Below are positions 18,864 to 29,541 of a DNA stretch of 64,000 nt, one piece after another. The notes beneath the pieces were generated by a model that worked only from the letters and a program-made list of their open reading frames with translations, did not search any database and was not told the origin of the DNA. The position numbers were made by a program, and so were the translations under genes. This DNA comes from an uncultured Candidatus Saccharibacteria bacterium (lineage in GTDB: Bacteria > Patescibacteriota > Minisyncoccia > Phycocordibacterales > UBA9973): NCBI GenBank assembly GCA_964625065.1, contig CAZUZL010000001.1, positions 40,132 to 104,131 on the forward strand. Direction: 5' to 3'. Each line of letters starts with the position of its first letter. The first letter of the stretch is position 1.

Positions 18864-19766
18864 TTATTCATTCACTCCTATTAATAAAAGTCCTGAAATA
18901 ATAATACAAAAGATTAATACTTTCTTTATAACTACCTTACGGTTTATGTCCTCTCTGAACGCTTCGGGGTTGTATTTTTTAACAGCTACAGTATACAACA
19001 AAACAAAGATTGGTATAACCATACCAATACCCTTTACCAAACTTACAGGGGCCAATTCTATAGCGTACATTTCTGCACCAACTGCTAAAAATGTAAAAAA
19101 TTCTTCTAAAAAGAAAAGTTTAAAATACTTACGGTAACTATCTTTTTCTTCTTTTAGTTGTGTTCGCAAACTAGGCATAGCAAGTATGAAAGCACAGCCG
19201 ATAATACCTGATGTAATCAATTGCCCACCTATAGCAGTACTCCACCCTATACCGTGTTCAAACATGTATTTATACAAGATACCGTCAATGGCAAGTATGG
19301 TAGATGCCAGCACTATAAGGTAAAAAGCTTTACTTAACTTTAAAGTTTTAATTTTACCTCTAAAAGCCAACAAGACATTCCCTAAAATAATAATACCTAT
19401 ACCAATATATTCGCGTAATTGTAGAACTTCACCAATAAAAACAAAGGCGAATATTGGAATTATTATTTTACCGAAAGAAAAAAATGCAGATACAACAGAA
19501 GTGTCTTCTATTTTTAAAGATTTGTAATATGGGTACAAATACAAAAGGTTCGTTAAGCCAACACCTATAAGTGGCCAAATTAAGTCAAAAGTTGGTAATA
19601 CTGGTTTTTGAATAATAAACAGTATTGGCACAAATACAAAGTTACACAAAGATGCAAAAAATATCAATGGTGCAATATTCTTAAAACCTTTATTACTAAA
19701 AAATTCATCAAAAATTTCAGCTACTGCATACAAAGCTGGGGCCAGAAAAGCAAAAAATATCCACAT
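18864..19766 (-). CDS. EamA/DMT family transporter
   Basis: 300 aa, two 5-TM repeats, IFAFVFIGEVL motif. Confidence 0.85.
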   Translation of the reverse strand: MWIFFAFLAPALYAVAEIFDEFFSNKGFKNIAPLIFFASLCNFVFVPILFIIQKPVLPTFDLIWPLIGVGLTNLLYLYPYYKSLKIEDTSVVSAFFSFGKIIIPIFAFVFIGEVLQLREYIGIGIIILGNVLLAFRGKIKTLKLSKAFYLIVLASTILAIDGILYKYMFEHGIGWSTAIGGQLITSGIIGCAFILAMPSLRTQLKEEKDSYRKYFKLFFLEEFFTFLAVGAEMYAIELAPVSLVKGIGMVIPIFVLLYTVAVKKYNPEAFREDINRKVVIKKVLIFCIIISGLLLIGVNE

Positions 19767-19773
19767 TTGTAGA

Positions 19774-20244
19774 TTATATCACTTTTTTAATGTTTACATA
19801 ATGACCTAAAAACCACTTTAATTTATCTTGTAAATACTTGGTATTTTTAATGGTTAATTGTTGGCCCTCATATTTTATTATAACAACTGTACCTTCTAAC
19901 CTTTTATTAAAATCAAGCGAATCGGAAATGCTATCTTTTTCTATTTTAAGTATTATTAATTCTTTGTATTTATCTGATATAAAATTACCATCAGAATCTA
20001 CCCAACTAGATCTAGATTTCAATAGTGATTTTTTTCTAATTGGTGATGTAATAAAAGCACCTAAGACACCTAACAAACGAGTAAGTATATGCACATATAC
20101 AGGCATACTAATTCCAATAATATAAAGACAATCTTTAGTAACTATAATGTCTGCCATTGAAAAATTATTGTTTTTTATTGAATCTGAAAAATTAACAACA
20201 AATGTCCAATTTGGAATATATAAAAATGGTCTATATTTTTCCAT
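19774..20244 (-). CDS. Hypothetical protein
   Basis: 156-aa ORF, co-oriented and tightly spaced with neighbours. Confidence 0.6.
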   Translation of the reverse strand: MEKYRPFLYIPNWTFVVNFSDSIKNNNFSMADIIVTKDCLYIIGISMPVYVHILTRLLGVLGAFITSPIRKKSLLKSRSSWVDSDGNFISDKYKELIILKIEKDSISDSLDFNKRLEGTVVIIKYEGQQLTIKNTKYLQDKLKWFLGHYVNIKKVI

Positions 20245-20247
20245 AAT

Positions 20248-20445
20248 TTAATATGAATATATTTTAATTACTTGAAGTATAAAGAAAACAATAAGACCTA
20301 TGGTAAAAATTGTATTTATTTTTCTATATTTATTAGATTTTTTTATTATCTGCTCGTTTCGCAACAAGGCTTGTTTTTGATTTTCAACAGTTTCTTTTTG
20401 TAAATCACGAATTTCTTCTAATATTTTTATAGTTTTATCTTCCAT
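20248..20445 (-). CDS. Small membrane protein with coiled coil and C-terminal TM
   Basis: 65-aa ORF, operon-like spacing. Confidence 0.6.
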   Translation of the reverse strand: MEDKTIKILEEIRDLQKETVENQKQALLRNEQIIKKSNKYRKINTIFTIGLIVFFILQVIKIYSY

Positions 20446-20465
20446 ATAATTTAGTTTAGTTAATT

Positions 20466-21617
20466 TTATTTCAACGCCTTTATACCAACTAGTGTACCTT
20501 TTGCCAGGAATTCTAATGTTGCGCCACCGCCAGTAGAAACAAAAGTAAATTTATTTGCCATGCTTGATTGGTTTATAACATCCACTGTATCGCCACCACC
20601 TACGATACTAACAGTCTTTTGTTTGCCTTTGGTTTGACTTGCTAATGCATTTAACAAATCTATAGTGCTTTTTGTGTGGCCTTTTTCGTACCAGCCTAAT
20701 GGGCCGTTCCATACAACAAGTTTTGTTTTTGCCATTAATGTAGTTAGTAGTTTAACTGTTAGTGGGCCTACGTCTACTATAGTGTCGCCCTTTTGAACTT
20801 CAGCTACATTTACAGCCCAAGAATTTTTACCCCTACTATCTGTGCGGTTAACTATAACGTCGATTGGTGTTAGAACTTTTTTATTTTTAAGTACACCAGT
20901 CAGTGGTGGAGTATTTTTATCTATAACAGATTTACCAACTTCGTAACCTTTGGCTTTTAAAAAGTTGTTTGCTAATGCACCGCCGACAAACACCATATCT
21001 GCAGTAGAAACATATTTTTTAAGTAATGGCATTTTAGTTTCAAACTTTGCACCGCCTAGTATAAATAGGAATGGTTTTTTAGGTTTCAATGCACTAGACA
21101 AATTTAAAATTTCTTTTTCCATCTGTAGTCCTGCATATGAAGGCAGTAGTTTAGGTAAACCAACTATAGACATATGTGCCCGGTGCGACACTGAAAATGC
21201 GTCGTTTACATATATGTCCCCTAACGATGCAAAGTCACTAGCTAGTTGTTTGTCATTTTCTTTCTCACCCTTCCATCGGCGGATGTTTTCTATTACCATT
21301 ATGTCGCCTTCGTTCATTAGTACTATATTTTGTACAATGTCATCGAAATTTGTACTTTTTTCTAATGTTACAACTGTGTTTGGTATTAATGTTTTAAGGT
21401 AGTTAACCATAGGTAATAAGGTTTGTTTACCATCGTCCCCAGCATGTGCCAACACAACAACCTTGGCCCCCTTCTCGGTTAAGGTTTTAATAGTTTGCAG
21501 TGACGCAACAATACGAAAACCGTCGCCAACTACACCATTTACAATTGGCACATTCCAGTCTAGTCGTACTAGTGCTACTTTATTTTTTAATTGTTTTAGT
21601 TTTTTGAGTGTTTGCAT
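20466..21617 (-). CDS. pgk: Phosphoglycerate kinase
   Basis: RLDWNVP, VNDAFSVSHRAH, WNGPLG, STGGGATLEF. Confidence 0.97.
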   Translation of the reverse strand: MQTLKKLKQLKNKVALVRLDWNVPIVNGVVGDGFRIVASLQTIKTLTEKGAKVVVLAHAGDDGKQTLLPMVNYLKTLIPNTVVTLEKSTNFDDIVQNIVLMNEGDIMVIENIRRWKGEKENDKQLASDFASLGDIYVNDAFSVSHRAHMSIVGLPKLLPSYAGLQMEKEILNLSSALKPKKPFLFILGGAKFETKMPLLKKYVSTADMVFVGGALANNFLKAKGYEVGKSVIDKNTPPLTGVLKNKKVLTPIDVIVNRTDSRGKNSWAVNVAEVQKGDTIVDVGPLTVKLLTTLMAKTKLVVWNGPLGWYEKGHTKSTIDLLNALASQTKGKQKTVSIVGGGDTVDVINQSSMANKFTFVSTGGGATLEFLAKGTLVGIKALK

Positions 21618-22377
21618 AGTTTTCAGTATTAATTAATATTGTATCAAAATGTTTTGGCAATAGTGATTCGTGTCCTACCAGATACCCGTCGACACCACCA
21701 TGTTCTATAAACCCTAACGCGTCCTTCGGTGTTACAGACCCACCATACAGCACCTGCACATTGTGCGCATCTGCTGGGCTGAATATGTCGCTTATAACTT
21801 TACGTATAAAAAGAACAACTTCAAAACATTCAGCTGGTGTTGCAGGGCGCGGGGCGTCTTTGCCTATAGCCCATACAGGTTCATAAGCAATTACAATTTG
21901 TTCTAAAGACTTACGTGGTAAGTTACCTATAGCAGTTGTTACTTGTTCCTTTATAGTGTGCCAGAAAAAACCCTGAGTGTCGCGCAACATTTCACCAACA
22001 CATATTACAGGCACCAGACCGTTTGTAACTGCTGTTGTAACCTTAGCACGTACTGTTGTGTCTGTTTCACCCCTGGCACGAACTTCACTGTGGCCAACTA
22101 TAGTATAAGTAACACCAAACTTTTTAACCATCGACGCAGAAACTAAGCCAGTATGTGCGCCTTCTGTTGGCACCGCAATGTCCTGTACACCTAATATACA
22201 TTTTTTAGAGGCTAGTTTTTTCAGGTCAGATAAATACACATAAGGCACACAAATAACTGTTGAAACGTTTTTCAATTTAGAAGATACTTTTTTAATACCA
22301 GTAAAAATCTTCTTCGCCTCTACTGTAGTTTGGGGGTTTAGTTTCCAGTTAGCTATAATCAGGTAATTGTTTTTCAT
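21580..22377 (-). CDS. tpiA: Triosephosphate isomerase
   Basis: ANWK, GHSE, AYEPVWAIG, YGGSV. Confidence 0.97.
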   Translation of the reverse strand: MKNNYLIIANWKLNPQTTVEAKKIFTGIKKVSSKLKNVSTVICVPYVYLSDLKKLASKKCILGVQDIAVPTEGAHTGLVSASMVKKFGVTYTIVGHSEVRARGETDTTVRAKVTTAVTNGLVPVICVGEMLRDTQGFFWHTIKEQVTTAIGNLPRKSLEQIVIAYEPVWAIGKDAPRPATPAECFEVVLFIRKVISDIFSPADAHNVQVLYGGSVTPKDALGFIEHGGVDGYLVGHESLLPKHFDTILINTENYANTQKTKTIKK

Positions 22378-22455
22378 TATGTTATTGTAACATTTAGAAT
22401 GTGTGGCTTCAATGCATGCAAAAATAAACCGCAGTTACATAATAACTGCGGTTTA

Positions 22456-23934
22456 TTATCTTTCTTCCCATAGTATGGTTTGGTATTGGTCAGAAGTAAG
22501 TGGAAAAGAAGGTGGTGCCCCGTATAAAAGATTTGCATCGTATGTAATAGTACGTGTGTCGTATCCTGTGCCATCTGTATATGCAAAACCATAACGTTGG
22601 TTTGAACCTATCATTCCATACAAACGTAGAGAATTACGCAAATATCCCGTACCACAACTGCTAGCGTAGTACGAACGCCCAACACGACCGTTTTGAGCAA
22701 TCAATGCAGCATCTATACGTAAGTCGTTTGCACTACTTAAACCTAAGTTTATATTATTTTGTGCAACTAAACCAATTACATCTTGCCCATCGACATTCGT
22801 GTAACGTAGATCGTTATTAATAATAATACTTTTACGTTTTGTTGGGTCATCAGGAAAACGCCCCGCGGCAATAGTAATACGTGCGGAATTAATAGTTCCG
22901 TCTACCCATACGTTATCTTCAACAAAGATAACCCCATTTACAGGAAATACCACGTTGCCAGCAGTAAGTGTTTCTGTTTTTATAGTCCAAGTACTCCAAT
23001 CTAATTCATTATTTAAATTAGTACACCCGTTTGGTACAGCAGTTAGTGCAGTTACTGTATATATGTCATATGTATCGTTTGTTTTTAAAACAATATGGTA
23101 ACCCTGTTTACCTGAAGCTGCGTAATATTTACCATCGGTTGCAGAACCTAATGTTTTTAATTTAGACAAATCAGTTGTTATACCAGCAAAATCAACAACC
23201 GGCACTGGAAACTTTCTTCCCGCCATAAACACATCGGACCGGTCGGCAACTGCGTTGGGCGAAGCTTCGGCACTGCGGTATGTGTCGTTTACTGTTGTAC
23301 CAACACCTGTGTCTGTGTCGTGCGTGTGCACTGCAAATTCTGAACCTCCGGTGTGGTCAGGGTCGTCGTACGTAGTCAACGCACTAGTAACCAGATTATG
23401 GGCTATACCGTCTAGTCGTATGCCAAAATTTGAATGTAATGGTCCAAATATTTCTGTACCTTCACCAAAACGCATATTGTCATTAGCTACCACAGAAAAC
23501 TTAGCAAAAGAAGGTATAGCAAGGTCAGATTCGATAGTGCGCTTAACATTTGCCACACCAGTTAATGTTCCTGTGGAAAATATTTTTACCAACGTAGACC
23601 CAGCTGGTGGCGGGGTTATTGTTAACGAATATTGTCCTATCTGGTTTCCGTCGCTATCATAAAAAGCATGCACATATGGACCATTTGTATTTGTTCCATC
23701 TTTGTAGTCAGTGTTATTTTTAGCCAAATGCCATCTGTAGTAATCAATACCGGCTTCGGCAATTTGTAATGCTTGTTCGCGTTGCAATGTACGTCTGACG
23801 GCTGCAACACTAGTTGTAGTCCACATTACAAAAGCCAATACCACTATAACGGTTATAGCTGTAAATATAAGTACACCTAGCAACATAAATGCTTGGGGTG
23901 TTTGAATATTTTTTTTCAAATTTATATTTACCAT
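22456..23934 (-). CDS. PilX-like type IV pilus assembly protein
   Basis: N-terminal TM followed by ALQIAEAGI; located in pilus cluster. Confidence 0.75.
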   Translation of the reverse strand: MVNINLKKNIQTPQAFMLLGVLIFTAITVIVVLAFVMWTTTSVAAVRRTLQREQALQIAEAGIDYYRWHLAKNNTDYKDGTNTNGPYVHAFYDSDGNQIGQYSLTITPPPAGSTLVKIFSTGTLTGVANVKRTIESDLAIPSFAKFSVVANDNMRFGEGTEIFGPLHSNFGIRLDGIAHNLVTSALTTYDDPDHTGGSEFAVHTHDTDTGVGTTVNDTYRSAEASPNAVADRSDVFMAGRKFPVPVVDFAGITTDLSKLKTLGSATDGKYYAASGKQGYHIVLKTNDTYDIYTVTALTAVPNGCTNLNNELDWSTWTIKTETLTAGNVVFPVNGVIFVEDNVWVDGTINSARITIAAGRFPDDPTKRKSIIINNDLRYTNVDGQDVIGLVAQNNINLGLSSANDLRIDAALIAQNGRVGRSYYASSCGTGYLRNSLRLYGMIGSNQRYGFAYTDGTGYDTRTITYDANLLYGAPPSFPLTSDQYQTILWEER

Positions 23935-23943
23935 GTATATATA

Positions 23944-24576
23944 TTATAAGTTATTTTTCAAATTTCGTAACGACACTTGTGTAGTTAACGTAAATGCTGG
24001 TGGCGCCTGGTTTACATCGTCGTCAACAGATATATAAATTTTTACTAAACGTACATCTGTATACCTACTTGATGCTAAACTTGCATAGCCAGTCGCACCA
24101 GTGTAACCAGTGTCATAGTATGTAAACATTGGAGTTGTTCCGTTAACCACATTATACACAATTGTATTTGCAACTTCATTTGCTGTGTTGTATGTTAATG
24201 GGTCGCCGGTTGGTTGAGTTACACCTTTTACCAATGTACTTCCGGACTGTGTATATCGAATTCTTTCTTTTGTACCATTATTGTCTGCGTCACTATAGAA
24301 TATAAATTCTGAACCTGTCATTTTTTCTATACCAAACGCACCAGTAGACGCTGGTGACAATGAACGTATTTCTTCAACCATAGGACGCAGTATACGTTTA
24401 GTTTCGTCCTGTGCACTAAGTTTTGTTTGCGCATATTCTCTGTATAGTAACGTGTTAACTTTAAAATTCGCAATCAATTTAACAGAAAAACCCATGATGG
24501 CAATAACAATAAGAAGTTCTAACAAACTAAATGCTTTGTATGTTTTTTTATTAGAATTTAAAATTTGTTTTTTCAT
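23944..24576 (-). CDS. Minor pilin (PilW/PulJ-like) with prepilin N-terminus
   Basis: KAFSLLELLIVIAI class III signal (Ala at -1). Confidence 0.8.
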   Translation of the reverse strand: MKKQILNSNKKTYKAFSLLELLIVIAIMGFSVKLIANFKVNTLLYREYAQTKLSAQDETKRILRPMVEEIRSLSPASTGAFGIEKMTGSEFIFYSDADNNGTKERIRYTQSGSTLVKGVTQPTGDPLTYNTANEVANTIVYNVVNGTTPMFTYYDTGYTGATGYASLASSRYTDVRLVKIYISVDDDVNQAPPAFTLTTQVSLRNLKNNL

Positions 24577-24577
24577 A

Positions 24578-26365
24578 TTATTGAACATGCATACTTATTG
24601 TTATCAAGGCCCAAACTAAACTTCCACTAGCCAAAGTAAATGTTGATGTCTGTGTATTATATCCTGGATTCGATATAGTTGCAGTATATGTACCATTTGA
24701 AAGTGCAGAAAAGTTTACATAGCCAGCTGGTGTACAACTACTAGAATACCCCACGGTTATGTCACTAACTATCGGTCTAGCAGTCGCAGGGGTGTTTGCG
24801 TGTAGGAACAGTTTATAACGAACATACTTATGTCCCTGGAACTGTGTCATGGCAGACAAACTACTATTACTAGTTGTAAAATATGTAGCACTTGTACCAT
24901 CTGGTCCGATAAAAGTATAGTCAGAAAGTAATGTCGTGTCTGCAACAGCAAGTTGGAACTTAACAGATGTGCCAGCACTTTGACTTGTTGGTTCCCAACC
25001 TACAGTAAACAAGTTTCCACTTGCTATATCAATTGCACTGGAAGTTAGTACACCATCTGTACCACCAGTTGTTGTTAATGTTATTTGCCCTGGTGTTGAT
25101 GTTGTGTTTACGTTTGAATCTGAAGACTGGAATTTTGTTGTATCTGTATACAGAGTTTGACTACCACCACCAGACCAATCTGTCTGTGTTATGTAACCGA
25201 CACCAGTTGATTTGGTTGAACTATACCCTGTTTTAGTTAGTACTACAGTTGCATTAGCCAAAGGCAAACCACTAGCAAAGTCCTTTACTGCAAACACACG
25301 ACGCACACCGTCTTTGGGGGCAACTATCGCATCGATTATTTTTGTTTCGCCTGGGTTTAACGATATAGGGTCCATAGTGTTCGAACCAATAAAATCATAA
25401 ACAGTGTCTAGGAAACTTATGTGATAAGAATCCCATTCCATATTATTTAAAGTTTTATTACCAGAACTGTCAGTTGCAGAAGTAACATTGTATTTAAACA
25501 AATCAGGTGTAGTAAATGACTTTTTAGAACCAACTAAATTATAATCCATAGATGAAACTGCCCCACAACTTGTTGTTTTACTTGTTATCTGCACAGTACC
25601 TACAACATCTATAGAAAAAGAAACTTGTGTTATACCTTCAGCTATAACAGATGCATGGGCTTTTGTAGCCGTACTTGTACCCGATTTTTTAGCAGTAGTT
25701 GCGTCAGTCGAGTAGCCAGACTTGGTAACAGTAATTTGATATGTATTAGTTGCAGGTGGAGCGTCTATTAACAACAATTGCCCGTTATTATCTGTCGTTT
25801 GTGTTGTATTAACAGCTGGAATTAAACTACTGTTAGTAATTGTCACACTAGCATCTGGCAAAGCAACTCCATTTGCATCAAAAACACGTATTAGTAAAAC
25901 TCCGTTTGAAGATTCTGATTCAAAGTTTTTAGGTGCAACATGGCTAGTATAAGTTGCTGTTACTGGTTTTCGGCAGTTTGTACATGTAACTGATATTTCC
26001 ACTAGTTTATTGTCTCCTGGGTTTGTATCTACGGGGTAAACACCGTCAAAAGGCTCGTCTATTGCACGGACTACAGTGTTTATATTATATGTATTATAGT
26101 CACGCACTAACACTTTATTTGAAACAATAACACCGGCCGGTATACCACCCACAGTACCAACACTGCTATAAGGAATGTTACGTATTATTTCTAATTGTTC
26201 TGTAGCTATACCTGTAATGATCAGTTTGTCTTGTATAACCGATGAAACTTCTATTATTTTTGTAAATATCTGATACAAAGCCAATGAAACAAGAGCTAAA
26301 ATAGTAACAGTAACTAATGTTTCTACCAACGTTACGCCTTTTTTATTTCCAAAGTACTGATGCAT
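24578..26365 (-). CDS. Large minor pilin with carboxypeptidase-regulatory-like beta domains
   Basis: KKGVTLVETLV prepilin motif; Thr/Ser-rich Ig-like C-terminal domains. Confidence 0.8.
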   Translation of the reverse strand: MHQYFGNKKGVTLVETLVTVTILALVSLALYQIFTKIIEVSSVIQDKLIITGIATEQLEIIRNIPYSSVGTVGGIPAGVIVSNKVLVRDYNTYNINTVVRAIDEPFDGVYPVDTNPGDNKLVEISVTCTNCRKPVTATYTSHVAPKNFESESSNGVLLIRVFDANGVALPDASVTITNSSLIPAVNTTQTTDNNGQLLLIDAPPATNTYQITVTKSGYSTDATTAKKSGTSTATKAHASVIAEGITQVSFSIDVVGTVQITSKTTSCGAVSSMDYNLVGSKKSFTTPDLFKYNVTSATDSSGNKTLNNMEWDSYHISFLDTVYDFIGSNTMDPISLNPGETKIIDAIVAPKDGVRRVFAVKDFASGLPLANATVVLTKTGYSSTKSTGVGYITQTDWSGGGSQTLYTDTTKFQSSDSNVNTTSTPGQITLTTTGGTDGVLTSSAIDIASGNLFTVGWEPTSQSAGTSVKFQLAVADTTLLSDYTFIGPDGTSATYFTTSNSSLSAMTQFQGHKYVRYKLFLHANTPATARPIVSDITVGYSSSCTPAGYVNFSALSNGTYTATISNPGYNTQTSTFTLASGSLVWALITISMHVQ

Positions 26366-26377
26366 ATAGATTATATT

Positions 26378-27586
26378 TTATTTAACATTATCCATTAGAG
26401 AATACATCGGACTTAGCATAGATATAGCAAAGAAACCAACTGCAATACCAATAAACACCATAAGCATTGGTTCTACTATTGCAGAGAGGTCTTTTGTTTT
26501 TGTATCAACTTCGTTTTCATAAAAAATTGCAATGTCCTGTAACATAGCTGAAGTTTTACCAGTTTCTTCGCCGACTTCTATCATTTCGCCTACCATAAGC
26601 GGATACAGTTGCAGATTGCTTTTAAACGCCCCGGAAAGTGGTTCGCCCTTTTGCACATGTTCTATAGCTGTTGTTATAACTTCTTTATAATATGAATTTT
26701 GTAAAACTTCTTTTGTAATTTCCAAAGCTCGCATAATATCTACCCCAGAAGATAGCAAAGATGACAACGTTCGCGCTGTTCGGGCAGAATTAGATTCTTG
26801 GACTATAGTACCGATAACAGGTATACGCACAACAACCCATTCCATGGCGCGTTTAACTTTTTTAATTTTAGTTATATATATAACACCAACAACAAGTAAA
26901 ACTATAATTATTAATACCATCAACGGGTTTGCAGACAGTGCATCTGAAACAAAAATTACAAACTTTGTACTTGCTGGCAATTCACCGCCCATGTCTTTAA
27001 ATGTTTTTGTTAGTGTTGGTATAACATATATCATCATTAGTATACCTATAATACCAATAGCTGAAATAATAACTGCAGGGTACATCATGGCACTTTTAAT
27101 CTTCTTATTTAAGGCATAGCTTTTTTCTAAACTGGTACCTATTTCGTGCAGTGTACTTACCATGCCACCAGATTCCTCCCCGGCACGGACCATAGATACA
27201 AACAAGGCTGAAAAAACCTTTGGAAACTTAACCATCGAACCAGAAAGTGTACCACCTTGTGAAATATCGTTTTGTAGCGACTGTATTATTTCTTTGAAAG
27301 TTTTGTTTTTAGTTTGTTTTTCTAAAACTGCAAGTGCACGTGATATAGCCAAACCCGCTTCTAGCATACCAGCAAGGTTTTTAGTAAATAAAATCTTTTC
27401 CTGTAAACCAACACCTTTTTTAAGAAAAGGTATATTTAAATTTATACCTTTTGGTTTTATTTCTTCTATAGACAACACAGTACCCTGTGCATGCAGAACT
27501 TCTAAAGCACTTGCACGACTGGCAGAGTCAAGTATACTTTCTACCATCTGACCATTTTGAGATTTCATTCTATAGGAAAATTGCAT
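26378..27586 (-). CDS. pilC: Type IV pilus/T2SS inner membrane platform protein (PilC/GspF)
   Basis: AGEESG, SAMMYP, VGEETG, IVEP motifs. Confidence 0.93.
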   Translation of the reverse strand: MQFSYRMKSQNGQMVESILDSASRASALEVLHAQGTVLSIEEIKPKGINLNIPFLKKGVGLQEKILFTKNLAGMLEAGLAISRALAVLEKQTKNKTFKEIIQSLQNDISQGGTLSGSMVKFPKVFSALFVSMVRAGEESGGMVSTLHEIGTSLEKSYALNKKIKSAMMYPAVIISAIGIIGILMMIYVIPTLTKTFKDMGGELPASTKFVIFVSDALSANPLMVLIIIVLLVVGVIYITKIKKVKRAMEWVVVRIPVIGTIVQESNSARTARTLSSLLSSGVDIMRALEITKEVLQNSYYKEVITTAIEHVQKGEPLSGAFKSNLQLYPLMVGEMIEVGEETGKTSAMLQDIAIFYENEVDTKTKDLSAIVEPMLMVFIGIAVGFFAISMLSPMYSLMDNVK

Positions 27587-27652
27587 ACATATATTATACA
27601 TCTTAGTTATATTTTAAACAAAGATTATAAGTTCTAAAAAATTTATATAAAA

Positions 27653-29404
27653 TTATTCAGACACAACACGGAACACTTCTTCTATAGAAGTTAAACCTTG
27701 AACTGCGCAGTATATACCGTCTTCTATCATTGTCATCATACCTTCTGATTTTGCTTGTTTTTCTATAACGTCTGCAGACGAACCTTTTAATATCATTTCT
27801 TTAATAGCTGGGCCAACAACCAAAACTTCATGTATACCCAAACGGCCTTTGTAACCGTCTTCTGATTCTTCGTTTTTGACAGGTCTATAAAAAGGTATGT
27901 TTTGCCATGTTGCATCTGGAGCTACCATTTTTTCATCTAGTAGGAACTTCATCATACGGTCTAGGTCTATGTATTTTTGAATATTTTTTATTTCTGCTTC
28001 AGACAATGTGTACTGTTCTTTGGCACTAGTAAGTTTACGCACCAAACGCTGTGAAATAACTATTTTTAAGGTCGAAACCAACAAGAAAGGTTCGGCACCC
28101 ATATCTATAAAACGAGGTATGGCACCAGCTGCACTGTTGGTGTGTATAGTAGACAACACAACGTGTCCGGTAAGCGATGCGTTAATAGCCAAACTAGCTG
28201 TTTCACCGTCACGGATTTCCCCCACCATAACTATGTCTGGGTCCTGACGCAATAGTGAACGTAGACCGTTAGCAAAAGTCATGCCAATTTCAGACTTCAC
28301 TTGGGTTTGGTTTATACGTGCCATTTGGTATTCTATTGGGTCTTCGATTGTAGATATGTTTACTTCAGGAGTATTCAAAAGGTCTAACACTGTGTAAAGT
28401 GTCGTAGTTTTACCTGAACCAGTCGGACCTGCGGCCAGTATCATACCTGTATGCATACGCATACCTTCGTGTAGACGCTCCAGACCCTCGCCATGAAAAC
28501 CAAGTTTTTCTAATGAAAAACCTTTGGAATTTTCTCGCAATATACGTATAACCACTTTTTCTCCGAAATATGTCGGTAATGTAGAAACACGAAAAGACAC
28601 CTTCATTTCGTCTTCTGTTATTTTAAAACGTCCGTCTTGGGGTAAACGTTTTTCGTCAAGCTTTAAGTTAGATAACACTTTGATACGTGCTGTTATGCCC
28701 GCCGCTGTTTCCTTGGGTAGTATCATGGCGTCTTTTAGTATACCGTCTATACGGTAACGTACTATTAACGATTCTTCTGCGGGTTCTATATGTATGTCAG
28801 AAGTGCCCTGCATTATAGCGTGCGATATTAGTGTATCGACGATTTTAACTATAGGCATGTCGTCGGCAAGTTTTTTCAAATCAGCTTCAGACTGGGCTTG
28901 GCCTGATTCTTCGGCTATCATTTTTAACGATGCACTTTCTTTAGAAATAATGTCATCGAATTCTGCCTTCAAACTTTTCTTATATAACTGTAGTGCATGC
29001 CTGATAGATGCTACGTCGGTTAGACGTGGTAATATTTTAACTTCAAACTTTTTCTTTAAGAAGTCCAGTGTAGCCAGGTCTTCTACGTCTAGCATGGCAA
29101 CTTCTATACTGTCTTTGTTTTGTTTAAAAGCCACAATGTTGTGGTTACGTGCAATAGGTTCGGGTATTAACGAAAGTATTTCGAATTCTATTTTTTCGTT
29201 AGTTAGGTTTACATATGGCAAACCTAGTACAAAAGCTTCAGCCCGCTTCATGTCTGCATCGGTAACTTTACCTTCAGAAAGCAAAGTTTGTGCCAAAGTT
29301 TGTTTTAGTTCTTTTGCTTTTTCTTCTAGTGCAATAAATTCGTCTTCTTTTATAATGCCACTGGTTAGGAAAAACTTTTTTAATTGTGTTTCATCAACTG
29401 TCAT
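27653..29404 (-). CDS. pilB: Type IV pilus assembly ATPase (PilB/GspE)
   Basis: GPTGSGKTTT Walker A, LRQDPD..VGEIRD, TGH...ST.HTN. Confidence 0.95.
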   Translation of the reverse strand: MTVDETQLKKFFLTSGIIKEDEFIALEEKAKELKQTLAQTLLSEGKVTDADMKRAEAFVLGLPYVNLTNEKIEFEILSLIPEPIARNHNIVAFKQNKDSIEVAMLDVEDLATLDFLKKKFEVKILPRLTDVASIRHALQLYKKSLKAEFDDIISKESASLKMIAEESGQAQSEADLKKLADDMPIVKIVDTLISHAIMQGTSDIHIEPAEESLIVRYRIDGILKDAMILPKETAAGITARIKVLSNLKLDEKRLPQDGRFKITEDEMKVSFRVSTLPTYFGEKVVIRILRENSKGFSLEKLGFHGEGLERLHEGMRMHTGMILAAGPTGSGKTTTLYTVLDLLNTPEVNISTIEDPIEYQMARINQTQVKSEIGMTFANGLRSLLRQDPDIVMVGEIRDGETASLAINASLTGHVVLSTIHTNSAAGAIPRFIDMGAEPFLLVSTLKIVISQRLVRKLTSAKEQYTLSEAEIKNIQKYIDLDRMMKFLLDEKMVAPDATWQNIPFYRPVKNEESEDGYKGRLGIHEVLVVGPAIKEMILKGSSADVIEKQAKSEGMMTMIEDGIYCAVQGLTSIEEVFRVVSE

Positions 29405-29541
29405 ACGTATAGTATATATGATTTTCACAAAAATCACATCACACCACATACACTTAGCGTGATTAAATAGTGCAGTGTAAAGAAAAACACCAGAATATTT
29501 CTGGTGTTTTTTTACTAAGCTTTTTTATACCAAATGAACTA

